64,000 nucleotides of DNA. Origin: Bugula neritina. Taxonomy: Eukaryota > Animalia > Bryozoa. The translations under genes and the position numbers were made by a program. The stretch spans positions 10,792,480-10,856,479 of the forward strand of contig OZ037771.1 of the NCBI GenBank assembly GCA_964035545.1. The letters are read 5' to 3'. Below, piece after piece: positions 35,560-49,800 of the stretch. The notes beneath the pieces are model-generated. The model was not told the origin of the DNA, did not search any database, and saw nothing but the letters and a program-made list of their open reading frames with translations. Within the stretch, counting starts at the first letter, position 1; each line of letters opens with the position of its first letter.

Positions 35560-36935
35560 CAGTAAGGGTAACTGGAGGGCACAATGGGCCAATTTTTGAC
35601 TTTTTTGTTTTAATAGGCTGTTTTTTAAGTTACTAGTTCAATAATCTTTAGTCTAAATGCTACACTAGTTGTCTATTATAAATATCGATCTGTTGTTTCT
35701 ATCTCTTTCACAGTTTTCGGAATAATGAAATTTTTATGACAAAAAGTTGGCCCCCATGTGCTGAGGTACAACGCAGCACTGCAGGTGGGATGCAACATAT
35801 GTATTAAAACTTTGCTGATTTGATTGCATCTGATATTTATTTACTTAATATACAGAAGTAAATAAAATACTCTTTCAGATCTACAGCAAAAATCAAGTTT
35901 TAGCTGTGTGATTTGTGCCACCATGCACCATTGTAGCGGGAGAGGCAAAATCAAACGCACATCATTAATTTCTAAAGTGCTATTATCATTACTGTTTAAA
36001 ACTAAACATGTTTTTTTCTATTTCCCAGCAAAAACTCCACTTCACAGAAACTTTCATCAAAGAAATTTGTAGTAACATGTGCTATAAAATTTCGAGTGGA
36101 CTTCTTCTATGAACTGCATACAGCCAATATGGCTGAGGTTTGTGACTAGAGTGCGAAAGGGAAGAGGGAAATTTCAAAACACAATTTATTTTAGTCAAAT
36201 ACATGTATATTTCCTCAATGATATAATGTATAATGAATATATCATGATTATTCATTAATAGGAACAGCAAAGTGTTTTGTGTGATGTATAAAATGGCAAA
36301 GCTATAACTTTGCCAGATGTATAGATATTATGGCGGCTTAACCCTGTAGTTTGGTACTCTTACTACGATGTCTTTGATACTTTACATAAAAAAGGTCATA
36401 AATGACTATATCTATAGATTTATAGATTTAAACTAATTTTTTGGGCAAACAAATAAATAACAGTGATCAGGGTGCAATGGTCAGGTGACCCATTGTGCCC
36501 TGGTCAGAGTGGCCCATTGTGCCCCGTGTGGCCAAGTTGAAAATAAATGCGGCTCAAGAAAAATTTATTTTAGAGTTTGCTATTATACTAGTTGAGCAAT
36601 TAAATTGCTCAACTAGTATAATAGCAAATTTTAAAATAAATTTTAGACACAGGCAATGGCAACGATATCAGTAAAAATTAGGTGTGTTACCGTTCAGAGT
36701 AAAAAGTTATAAAGCTTTAATGACATCTTAAGATAATTACAAAAAGCAGGTAAAAACGGTTTTTGAATCACCTCTTTAACATATATGCTCTGAAAGTGTT
36801 GAAACTACAATGGCTGAATAATTATGCCATTACCTTTTTATTAAAAAAATCACAACTTTAAATCAATATAAGTTCTCTCACAATTTGACCGGCTTTTTGT
36901 AACTCTATGACCTTTGTACCCCAATACCCCTACAG
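35560..36935. mobile_element. Old non-autonomous Tc1/mariner-pogo-like element
   Basis: Degenerate TIRs TA|CAGTAAGGGTAACTGGAGGGCACAA and TTGTACCCCAATACCCCTACAG; internal CCATTGTGCCC repeats at ~36490 and ~36513. Confidence 0.5.
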
Positions 36936-37807
36936 TGGAAATTACTTATAATATACAACTATGTTTTATATTTGCAATCTCCTTTATGTTTTAAATATTT
37001 CTGTGGAAAATAAAATTATTTGGTCTAAAGAAAATGACAGTTTATAGATGGTTATTATATCTAGTGTTGAATGTTGTTGAACAAAGTCTGATGTAGAAGT
37101 GGCTAGAGTTGTTGTCATGTCTTGTCACAGCCACAGTGTGCGTGTGAGTGTGCATGTATGCAAGTGTAAATGTGTTTGAATGTGTAAGTGTGTGTGGGAA
37201 AATATAAATAAGTAAGTTAAGAGTAAAGTGAGAGTAAAGTATACCAGTATTGAGGAAAGAAGATATTATGGTTTATACACAGTAAGGGTTCACTCTACAG
37301 AAACTCTGCCTGCAAACAGCTCACTGTTTTACTATTTCCTTTTAAGTTCTCTCTACCTACTATTCAGAGTTTCATGCTAATTATGTATACAGATATGCTA
37401 GATCATATTATTTATACTGCCTATAACTTCTCTGATCCTGCAACTTAAAAGTTTAAGTATATTTTATCATAGTAGTTATAGAGGTTGATATCAAACCTGC
37501 AGCTACTAAAAGATTGGCTTGGTTTTACTAGGTGTGCCAATACTCATGCCATGTGTACTCATGCCCAGTCAGTTGGTACAAAAGAAGCTGACAACCTGCA
37601 CATGCTTATGCATTCCTATTATTCATTCACTTTTACAAACGCAATTTATTATTCTTTTATGCTTTATATGGACAATAGCAGATGCAGTCTTTTTTATTTA
37701 TTTGGTTCACAGGTTTGGACAACTTCATTTGGCTAGTAGACCTGCATACACAAGCACATAGCATGCTGTGATCAAAGCAGTAATAAGTAAGTTCTCTGCT
37801 ACTAAAC

Positions 37808-40800
37808 ATGCATAGCTTCACTCTTTTCGCTATCTCTACTGTACTCTTCTCTACAGCTGCTCAACCAGGTAAGCCATACAGTGTAATTTTTGAACAGTAA
37901 AAGTACAGTACACCAGCTACTGCCATCTACTACAGAAACTAATTAGTCAAGTATATCTTTTCAATAATATACCTGCAACTTCTGCTACATCAATTTATTA
38001 TTTCTAAAAATATTTAAACCATTTTCAATTTATATGTGGGTCAACAAAATGGAAATGCAATAGCTAGGGTATTGGAAAGAGAGGGCAACTCTGGCTTTTT
38101 AATCATTTTAGTAAACCAAAGTTTACTCTGTACATACAGGTATAGCCAGACTCATGACGTTAGAGAATATGAGTATAGTACATATTTTGATATAGTAAAT
38201 ATTCTTACTCTAAATATATCTTTATACGTGTAAACACATTTTGTAAACAACTCTTTACAATAAAATACGACTTCCTTTGTAGCTAAATTTGATGCTATAA
38301 AACAGATGAAATTGCTATGGAAGAGTAACATCGAAGGAATGGTCAAGAATATATCTTCACCACAAACCATGTTATCCCAAGAGTGCGCTGGTGACTTGGG
38401 ACATATATTTACACGTTACACAAAACCTGGAACATTACATGCTATAGAATGTAAGCCATCACCATGTATAATTACTCCATTGTATATACAGAGCTGCTGG
38501 TAATTAGTTTATGATTGACAAATAAGACAACAACTTCATTAGAAATGACCATGCATTAACTGTTAGAGTTATAATTTGACAGAGCTCCTTAATGCACTAA
38601 ATATTACAAGCAATTGAACTAAGAACAAAAAGCATAAGCAGCACACATAAGTAGATAGCTATAAAACTGCTATTACAGATAAGCAGCTAAGTACAATAGG
38701 CATAAGCTGAGAAACAAAAGCACATTGAAATAACATCAACTGATTCAATGTGTGGCTATAAACATACTTACTGACAACATTAACCAGTTTAATAATTAAC
38801 TACTTGGACAGTTATGTTGTCATATACATTTGGTTCATTTTACTTAAATTAGTACATACTGGAAATCTCAAGTTTTTAGCTATTTTTTACAATTTATTTG
38901 CTAATGAACATGGGTTTTTGCCCAAAACTAGCAAAATATCAATAAATACACCTAAATAATCAAAGATATTTTCAATTTTCTTTGATTTCTCTCGTTTTTC
39001 CTCATTACAGCTACTTTTGATTGTGGACCGCTAAGTACTGTTATTTCATAACAGTCAGCATTCCAAATAAGCTAAATAAACAAAACATGGGAAATGATGC
39101 AAAATTAGGAAAAACCTTGATTGTTTAGGTGTATTTCTTGATGTTTCACTAATTTTGGGCAAAAACTCATGTTCGTTAGCAGCTAAATTGTGAAAAGTGG
39201 AGATTTCTAGTGTGTACTAAATAATTAAATAAAATGACCCATTTAGAATTTGAGTTTAAAAAAGAAATATGTTACTTTTATTTGTGTAGAAAATAGCTAT
39301 GAGAGAAAATTTCTATAATTATAATATATTATAGCATTGCAGATATAAACCTGAGCAATATTGTAAAAGCTCTGGTATAGAGTAAGATCTGCTAAATGTG
39401 TTGGCTTTATATTACCAGGCTATGACAGTTTCAGTGTATAGATGTATTCATCATGTTCAGGCTTTCTGCACGTAATATATCTATTATCTGTGTGTTAAAT
39501 ATAAATATTTACATATAATCAAGTGCAGGCTAGTATTAGTATTGTTACCTTTAAAAATAGTTAGTAGTTGGTCTAGAGTACAAGCTATCTGCTCCTTTAA
39601 CTTCTGCATAGCATTTTGAAGACAGTCCTTGAACTGCGAAATAAACAATCTTGCTTTACACTCAACAGTGCTGTGTATAAGTTTGCAGATACAAATAGGA
39701 CTTTGTTTTGCAAAGTTAAAATGTGTTTTAGAAATTTAAAAAAGCAAGATTCTTTTTAAAATGAAAAAATAGGTAAACCAGGTTGTCCGCATACTAGTAA
39801 ATACATGCTAATTATAACACTCCTCATTCCTGTTTTTCTGAAAAGCATCTTTTACTTTGGCTTTATATAACTTTAGAATTATGTCTATTGTACAAAGTCA
39901 GCAATAAGAGACCTCACATGTCATGCAGTTTTATATAGCAAATCTTATACAAAAAGATAGAAAATATGTACCTATTGCTTAGATTTTTGAAAAAGGTGTT
40001 TAAACGTCACATATGAAAACACTATTGTCCAAGGAATAAAAGCTATAATTTTTCTCTCATGCAGCCAAAATTAGCTTAGGATTTTTTTATGAAATAAAAG
40101 TAGCTAAACATAAATTTTAGATTTCCAGACATGGAGTAAAGTGAAAGATGATTCTCCATCGTCACAAACAACATTTGTTGGTGCATTTGATGAGTGTCTG
40201 AACATGGTGATAAGTAGAAATGACGGCTCTTCGTTCAGGAGTAAATACTGTCTGGTGAAATTTGTAAGATGTGACTCAGTAACATATCTCTTTAAACTAT
40301 ATTTAAAACATATTTGGTCAGAGAAATGTTTCAAATACAGAAGACCAACTTTGAGGAAACTTTTAGGGGTTGTTTTGCACCTGCCATATTTCATCAAGCT
40401 AGTTTTGGACTTTATTGCAACCTGAAAACTTTCAACAACAGTTGCTCGCTCAAATTATTTAGCTGACTGGTAGAATGTGATTCATAAAAATAAACTTAAT
40501 GCTCTATGTTTGAGTATCTTTAATATAATATTAATTGAGCTGTAGGCTAGACCCAATCACAAACGTTTAACTAGATTATAAATCAAATTCTTAGACTCCG
40601 GTAATCATTATATAATATTTTATTTATTTTTATTAGATCATAACAAACTTGCATATCATGATGATGTATACAGCTATCACATGTATATTTGGCTGTAATT
40701 AAATTACATTCCTAATTATTTATACATGAACAATATATGTTGTTACATGCAGCAAAATGTTTGTATCATATACATAATATACAGCTTTGGTAATTAAGTT

Positions 40801-43800
40801 TGATTGATTTCAGAATAACGGCTCCGTGACCTTGAGAATGGATATCTGTATGCCAAAAGCTTGCTCAGCTTCTGATTTAAAAAAAACATTTGGACAAATA
40901 GCTGCTTCTAATGTTAAAATTAGAAACAGTTTTTCTATTGACTCTGCATGCAAATTTAAAAAGGAGATGTCACCCAAAAGCAAACAACTTTTGTGAGTTT
41001 TTGTTAGCAGGTGATTTTTTAAACTGCTTACAATTTAGGACTAATTTTTAACTTTTTGAAAATGATACATTCACTATGACTTTATTCTTGTGTTACCAAG
41101 TTTCTGTTATATTGTTCTCCAGCACTTGATAAGATAATAGAAAGATAACTCTTAACAGACACTGTAAAATTGCAGCATTATTGTATAAAAGCATCAATTA
41201 TTTAAACTTCAAGGTTACTGCTAGAATAAATATGTGCATTTTACAATTACAGGTGTTTTCCAGCAGCTGTTGTAGCTATCTGCATTTCAGCTACAGTGTA
41301 TGACATCACTTTACTGTGCTTAAAGAAAAGGGGACTATCAAGAGAAGACAACTCTTTACGTTTATTCAAAAATAGCTCAATTTCGTATGAGAAAGGTAAA
41401 AAGGATTCAACCTGAAACTTTACAATTGTACTAAACTCTGAAGTGTAAAATCTAAAAATATAGCTTTAGAATGTTTTATTTTAACATGGACAAAGTAACG
41501 TTTATAGAAATGTCTTGTGTATTTGTGCACTTGCTATTTTAAATTCAAATATTACTTAATATAAACGTTAATTCAATTGCAGTAACATTGCAATAACTTT
41601 ACAATTTCAATTCAATTGCAACAACTTTGTTGTAGTACAAAAAGCTATACAAACTATTATTATACAAACAAGCAAAGCTTTAAGAATAAAAGGAACTATA
41701 GTAGGAATTATGTTCTCATTTTAGAAAAGACAAGTCAAACCCTTTTAGCATTCTCCATGTATAAAAATGTCTTCACACAATTGAACACAAAGCAACCTTC
41801 GGGGATTATAGCCTGTATTCAAGGCATTCGATTTCTTTCTATGATGTGGGTGGTGAATCATCACAATGCTGAAAGTTTGGTCTATTCAGCTGCAAAGAGT
41901 AAGTTAAAAGATAAAAAAAACTTGACTATCTTTTATCAGTCATCAGTTTATCTACAAGTTATTTTACCAGTTGTCAATTGCCTGTAGCTGGTTGCTATTT
42001 GCAACATGTCAGTTGCCAATAGTCAGTTGCCAGTATTCCTAGCCGCAATACTTTGGCCAAACGAGCATTTAGCTTTTATCTCTTACACCAGTAAGGTTTG
42101 CTTAAATCAAATGTTGTTTTTTTACAATAAAAATTAAGCCCATTTTCACTTTTATAAAATACACAAAGTGTTATCTTACTGAAAATGCAATAGAATGAGC
42201 CAGATATTGTTTTTAAGAACTTTTTGGTAATTCCTTCAATCTTGATAGGCTATTTCAACATGCTTGGTTTTTTTATCAATAATGATAGGCAACTTTGGTT
42301 TTAGCCAATCCAAGTTACAAAACAGAGGTTCTGAGATCCTTAAGTTTACACGGACTATTTCAAGCAAATGCAGCCGTTGAAAGCTTTTTTACAATCAGTG
42401 GAGTTTTGGCCTCTTACTTGATGCTAAGAAAATTTTCTAAACTCAAACTTACTTTGCTAGGATTTCTAAAGAGTTTACCTTTGTGCTACCTTCACAGATA
42501 TCTAAGGTAAGTTTTAAACTGCCTGATTTGTTAACTGTACTTGAAGATTCATGCCATAGTATTCTGAGGCATAGTAGGTCAAGAGCAGATAATTCATGTA
42601 TCCAATTTTGGTGTAGTAATGTAATGTTACTTTGGTTATTATTGTCAATTAGTTTAGAATTGATGATTAAGTAAATAAATTAATTTGTTCTATGTTTACC
42701 TGAGTAAATTAGAATAAATTATATTGATTATTAGGAACAAGCTGTGAATTAAAAAAATTTCCACTCCACCATTGAAAACGTTTTATAGAATTCAATCAGT
42801 TTTACGCATGGTTAATTGTGAAATAGTATGAGGTAGACCATGCCAGTAGAATTACTAAATTTGAGTCAAAGTGTAAAAAAAACTCATCTCCTCAAAAAAT
42901 AGTATAGTGATTAGAATTATAAAGCAATAATGTAGTAATAACTAAGAATACTTCATAATTATTTGTATTGCAAGAACAACACAAACATATATGATTTCCA
43001 GTATCAGCATATTAGTCTAGAAGTAACCTCCAATTATCTTTCACTCATTACACTCCGATAGGTGGCCACACAATCTTTTTTAGAAATTGGGAGTTTTGAA
43101 GGTCCTAAGTAATCTGTGAGAACTCTAGTGTGTTCGGTGCACCCAGTTAGCCACAAAAGTGTTTTAAACTTTTTGAAATGAATAAGGAGCTGTCTTCTTT
43201 TAAATTTTTCTCCAAGTCTGTTAAATATCTTCAAATTATTAAAACTAATTTAGTTTATATATATACATAAAAAATTAACAGATGGCCATAGATGTGTTTC
43301 TCACTTGTTGTAAAAACCCTAGACTGTTTTGTCTACCCAGTTAGTCACAAAAGCTCTTCAAACTTTGGAAGGAGTTGTTTTCCCCTAATTCTGTATAAAC
43401 TGGTTAAATATCATGAAATTATTAAAGCTAATGACTTTAAATATTGTAACTAATTTTACAAAAAAATGTAATGAGAAGCATGAACAGTTCAGTCTAGACT
43501 CTAGAGGATATTTTAGATTTGTACAATTGAGCTTTACCAAAAAGTTTAAATTGAACTATATATACATTATGTTATAAGCCATGTTTTTAAAACAATGCTT
43601 TTAAATAAAATGCATATTTTACACAATTTCAATGATGACTTTTGAGTCAAAATTTATTTAGCTCAATTATATTTATAAAGAAAATACCCTAAAGTTGCGT
43701 TTGCTATAACTGAAAATATATAATATAATTGTGTTTAAGCCACCCATTATAGATAAAAAAAAATCTGGTGGTGCCTTATTTAAAGATCATGGGCAAGTAT

Positions 43801-46800
43801 AACTTCTTTAATGTGTGTCACACAAAAGCAATTTTTTTACTAAAAATACTAAGGCAAGCTGTTTAAGAATCAAAACTAATTGAATAAACCAGAAAAAGCT
43901 AACACCAGGTATCATCTTAAGTCTGAGCAGGTTAGTTATCACAGACCTAACACATTTAAGCTAATGGTTACCTAGGCATGTATTGCCGTTATAAAAATAT
44001 CCCTATCCAATTTTAGGCAACATTTTTTATCACATTAGAAAGTACAAAAGAAGTATAAATGATAGCAATTAAAATTTGAGTCCGATGAAAATTTCCCCAC
44101 CAAATGCATATAAGCATTGCTATAACTAATGACTTACGATAAACATAACTCACATCATGATCACCCGCTTCAAATTCCACTAAATTCGCTTTGCACTTGC
44201 ATACCCTTTTAAATTCTGTTTCTGGTAGGCAATTCATAACACCTACTTGATATGTTAAACACAATCTTATATTATGTATAATAATCTTATGAGCCTATAT
44301 GTGCTCCCATGAATGCTATTGAACAAGAATTGACAGCAGACTGCTATGCTTCATACATTCTCTTGCCTAAAAGCCTACTATTATCTTTGATGGAATGACA
44401 AAACTTCAAGAAGTGGAAGTTGTTCCTACATTTGCTTTGCATGCTGATACATTTTTCACAAAAATTATTGTAACAGTCCATTATATTCTTCATGCAAGAT
44501 AGATTTTTTCTGTGACTTATCTAGAAACCAGTTTTAAGAATATGGAGAGATCAAGGCATGCTATGATATGTGGTCACAGAACAGCCGTTTTTGGTTTAAA
44601 TCTTTTTAGTCAACTTTTGCAATCTCCTGGTAATGAGCAACAAAAAAAATTGTGGTGAAATTTTTTTGAAAAACATAGGGTGAAAAAAGGCTATAGAGGG
44701 ATATTTTCATAGTTGTTGGGTTCGAGAAAAACTGCATTTAGCTATAGGACTTTCAAAATGTGCATGGCAGAGCTCATAAGAAAACTGAAGTATAGTGTGA
44801 TAAGACATTTTTCAGACACATAATGGTGCATGCAAAATACGAGTATGTTTTGAAAAAATATTTTCTCTCAATTAATTGTATTGATGAAGTCACAATATTT
44901 GCAATATATTACCATTTGAAAATGTATATTCATTCGCAGAATTTGCAGTGATCATATATATATGAGTTATTTAGATGTCAATTTTGCTCCAAGTTAGCTT
45001 GGATATGAGTTTTGTGCAGCACTTCCTGGCTTTCATGCTTTACCAGGTTGTGATTTAATTAACAATTTTATGGAAAAAGAAAGTGACCAATTTATTCCTT
45101 CTTGAAAAAGCATTCAAAATGTGCTGAAAGCTTTGAACAGCTTGGAAAGTATACTTGAAGTCACAACTGCAACTACTCAAATAGAAAAGTTTGTAGATAA
45201 GCATAGATGATGTTTGATATGCTCTTTTCTGTTCTCCAACAAAGATGTTTTGATAAAATTTTCAGCTTCCCTCACGAAAACTGAACTTATGCTGCACGTA
45301 AAAAATGTATCAGACAGCCACCTAGAGAAGAGCAACTGTTCCCTTTGTCAATGCGCCATTTTCAAAATATTATGGGTAGAAATTGTTGAGAATGACAGCG
45401 TCACTATAAAATTACTGACTCAAGCCCTTATGCACAAAAATGCATTGAAAAACATGGTATACTGCTGCTGTAAAACCATTTGCAATACAATCTGATGTAA
45501 ATGTCAGAAATCTCAAATGCAGTGTATTGGTGTATGTCAATGCAAGAATTGTCTAAACAGAAGATACTTTGGAGAAAAATACGAAAATGAAATTAATGGT
45601 ATTATAGTAAGAATGATGGTACGAAAACTTTATACAATGAAGCACTACTTTGAAACATTTGTTATATAATTAGCTTCAAACAAAAAAATTTACATTACAT
45701 ATTTTAATCATCTCCATATTTTTGTGATTTTAAAGCACATTTATAGAATCTTGTTCCTTTTTTACAGATACTTTATAGTAATTACCGCCAGATCAATAGA
45801 AGACTTATTTGGTCAGTGCATGCTCAAAAGATTTCAACATGCATTGGATTGATGATATATAGCAGAACTTTAATTCATTGACACATCAGCATAAAAAGCT
45901 TTTGATCTTACATTACTAGCTTCTTTAATATACCTATTACGTATACTTCTGCTAAATGTAATGTGTCATTCATATAGCAAACATGTGTTTCTATTGACAG
46001 CTTGGTTTTGAATAAAATAGCGTTTCGCAATTTATAGATTCAGATTCAGTGTAGAAACTCAAAAAAGAAACAAAAAATTTTGGCTTCTCACCAAATATTG
46101 TTGTTTATAGGCAGTTAGTTAACAGTGGATGCTATTTTGCACGATCCGAGTTTATTTTTATTACCCATCCAAGATCGTAATAATTTGAGTTTAGGTAGAG
46201 ATAAGATTCTAGAGTTTGTAAGTTCAGAATCGGCACAAAATTCTGATCTACAAAACAACTTTTTTTGAGTGGCCGCGTAGTAAAGTGTAATAAGTCCATT
46301 TTTGAGCCCTTTTTGGGAGGTTACTTCTAAACTATATTAAATGTATGTGTTTAATGTGCTCCTCCCATAAGTTTACGCTTATATTTTCAGGCTGACCCCA
46401 GCCTACGCTTTCCTCATTTTGATGATTTCATCAAAACTAGGCTGCTATTTGCATGATGGTCCATTCTGGTTTGACTGTGACAGTTACGGAGAGGGTTGCT
46501 TAAGCACCTGGCACTACAATTTGCTTTATTACAATAATTTGCACATGGATAAAGCAAAGGTATGTCTACAAGCATATGTGAGTGTCAAGCATACAAACAA
46601 CATGCATGGTATCATGATGTTATAATATTCTACTCCTCTTATTATCTGTGAATACTACAATGATATTACTTGTGTCTCACATCTATAGAGCAGAGTAGGA
46701 TACCACTAGACCAACTGCGCCCTAGCCTTTTTTATTCACAGCTATCCCATTATCCTACTTTTATGATAAATCTATCAACAGTCGTGTCATGAGATTTTTA

Positions 46801-49800
46801 TCGTAGCTAATTTCAGTCGTAAGCATCAGTAATTTGCCATAAATGGCAACTAGAGAGCTACAATTAATGAAACAATATATTGGTAAAAAGTGTTATAAAA
46901 ATACTATAGAAACAAATATAATGTTTTATTGTATCACAATGCAGACTTTAGCAAGCAAAATTTCGTTTAGTTAAAAAAAGATATCAATAACTACCAAGAA
47001 TATTATTTGACCTTATTGGCTCTATATAACATAACTTCTGTATAGCAGCTATACTAGGTCCTAACTCTAGCACCTAGGTGTTAGAGTTACTACTCCAAGG
47101 TTGTTAGTTTTCCTGATAGAATTTGGTTTTAGGTGTGTGCTGAATTTCCAGTCCAATCATACATCTAGTTTAGAATGCAAGCTTCTTTTATAATTTCCCC
47201 ATTAGTGCACCTACTTGAATTAGGCTAGGCAAACTGTAGAACATCTAGTTGCTCATCTGCATTTAGTTTTACCAACAAAAATTTCATTACCACCTACTCA
47301 AGATCACAGCGCTGAAAGGTGACCAATTTCATCGAAATTATCAATAATTTTACAGAAGGATTGAAACTCTGCGCAACATGAAGGTTAAATGGTTAAATAA
47401 TATGATATACCTTGCTGATAAAAATGTTGTATATATGAATACTTTTTTATTTTTCAGTGTTTCATTTGGGGTTGGTATCTGGCAGTGGAGATGCAGTTTG
47501 CACTGATAGCCCCTTTTATTGTTTACCTGCTCTATAGGTGAGTGCAAAAGTTTTAGGAGTTTTCTGCCATTTTAACTTGAATTTTAGATAAAAGAAGGAC
47601 TTAAGATGCATACATTTTATTAATAACCATAAGCAGAAAAGTAAATTCTCAAACATATCTAATAATTTCCTTTGATAGATTTCAAGCCCTGGGAACCATA
47701 GTTTGCATAATGACTGTCATAGCCAGTATTTGCGCTTCCTACTGCATTTCTATGGAGATACATTACCAGTTTGTACAAACTTCTCTTGCACGACTTGCAT
47801 TGTAAGTATATCTGTTTAAAATGTTGCTTAAACTGCTCTACAAGCTACACAGTCTACAAGTTATAGTATATAGAAAGCAGTCTAGGGGTTAGAGCGTTTG
47901 TTTAGTAAACACGAGGTCATGGGTTCATGGGACAAAGGCCATTAGTGATGTTAGGAAGAGCATCCAGTCATAATTGCTCCTGTGCCTCAATTAAAAATAA
48001 ATCCTTAGCCCGCTTTAACAAAAACCTTTTCCACCAGAGTTTCTCACCCAGATAGCGACTATAAACTTGCATGAGTTTTATATAAGTTATAATATATAGG
48101 AGTCATATATAGGTGCGTTTTCATTCTATACAACTAAACATCTTGGTCTTACATCAATCATATGGCTGCTATATAACCATTTTTAGCAAGATAAAGAGAC
48201 ATCCTGCATTCTACAACATTGCAAATTACGATTTTGTTGGTTCGCTCAAGTATGCTTTATTCGCCATTATACTTTTCTAATTAGTGTGTTTTCATTTTTA
48301 AATAAATGTATCTATCGTACATTCATGCAATTTTCTCTTTTGAAAAGACAACTCCAAATTAATGAGCGCTTGTATTTTCCCCAACATGAAATATTGTCTA
48401 ATTGTTGCTTCATAATGTGAACAAATATGCCCAACATTAGTCCAGCTACAGCCCCCATCTCCCATGTTATCCTTACTCCACTCAATCCACATGTTGCTGA
48501 GTTTAATATATTATCTACATCAACCTAAGCTAATTGCAGCTTAATTTATTTATTATATTACATTACTTGCAAGTTTAGGCTTAAGATTTTGCAGAAATTA
48601 AACTAGCTTTTGCATTGATGAAGTTTTTTATGTATTAACCTGCAGGTTCAAAATCAATATTTACAGTTTGTAACTGTCACAGTTGCTGATTCTTGTCTCC
48701 ATCATAAGAGATTTCATTCGACTTGAATGAAATTAGCTTTTCACCTCAGTCTAGCAGTGCAAACATCCATTTGATTTACTGTAGTAATTTAATTATGTGG
48801 TAATTTAAAATAATAGCTTTTTTAACAATGCATTCAGTCTACAAACAGTAAAATTATTTTATAACAGATTCTTTTTACTCACTCCTACAATATTACTTTT
48901 AGCCAATTAACTCCAAAGAAAGGCTGGGATTTCTACCACTCTCCATGGATGAGGTATAAGTCATACGGAGTAGGAATTTTAGTTGGGTTTCTCATCTTCA
49001 AGCTTCGTCAGACAAAGAGCCACATACCAAAAGTCAGTTCACTGCACTAATATAGAAAACTCTTTCCATGGTTTTAAAAATTAACTGAAATAGTAATTGT
49101 AATATTATCTGTTTTAAGTTTGTAGTCTCCTACTGTCTGACAAATGACAACATATTGTGTGACCAATGACAACATATTGTGTGACTAGTGATGACATACT
49201 GTGTGACTAATAATGACATATTGTGTGACCAATAATGACATATTGTGTGACCAATAATGACATATTGTGTGACCAATGACCACATATGTGTGACTAATAA
49301 TGATGATCATGCAGACAATTGTGAAGAGTATAGTAAAACACTACACACATTAAAGTTTTAATTTAAAGCCAGTACATATATTCGATTTTGAGCTGTGTGT
49401 GACCAACAAAATATTCATATAAGAAAAGAACTTCATGTGAGCTATATCCCTCAGATAAACTCTAAATTCTTGTAAACTTTATGTATATGGCTCTCTTTCA
49501 TGAAGGTTCACTTTGTATCCGCTGGGATAAAATAACATCAGCATATACATATCACAAAAGGAACATTAGAAAAAGGTCAAATAAACCTATATATAATTTT
49601 TTGTTTCAAAACAACTTTAACCAATGAAACATTTAAACACACTACATGGTAAACATGCTAAGACAAGTTCTGTATTTGCAGAGTTTAAATGTGTTGCTAT
49701 GGATAGTTGCTGGAGTGCTTTGTCCAAGTGTGCTGTTCGGCACATTTCCTGCCAGCTCAGGTCAACATGAAGCAACTCTGTTTGAGTCAAATATGTTCAA

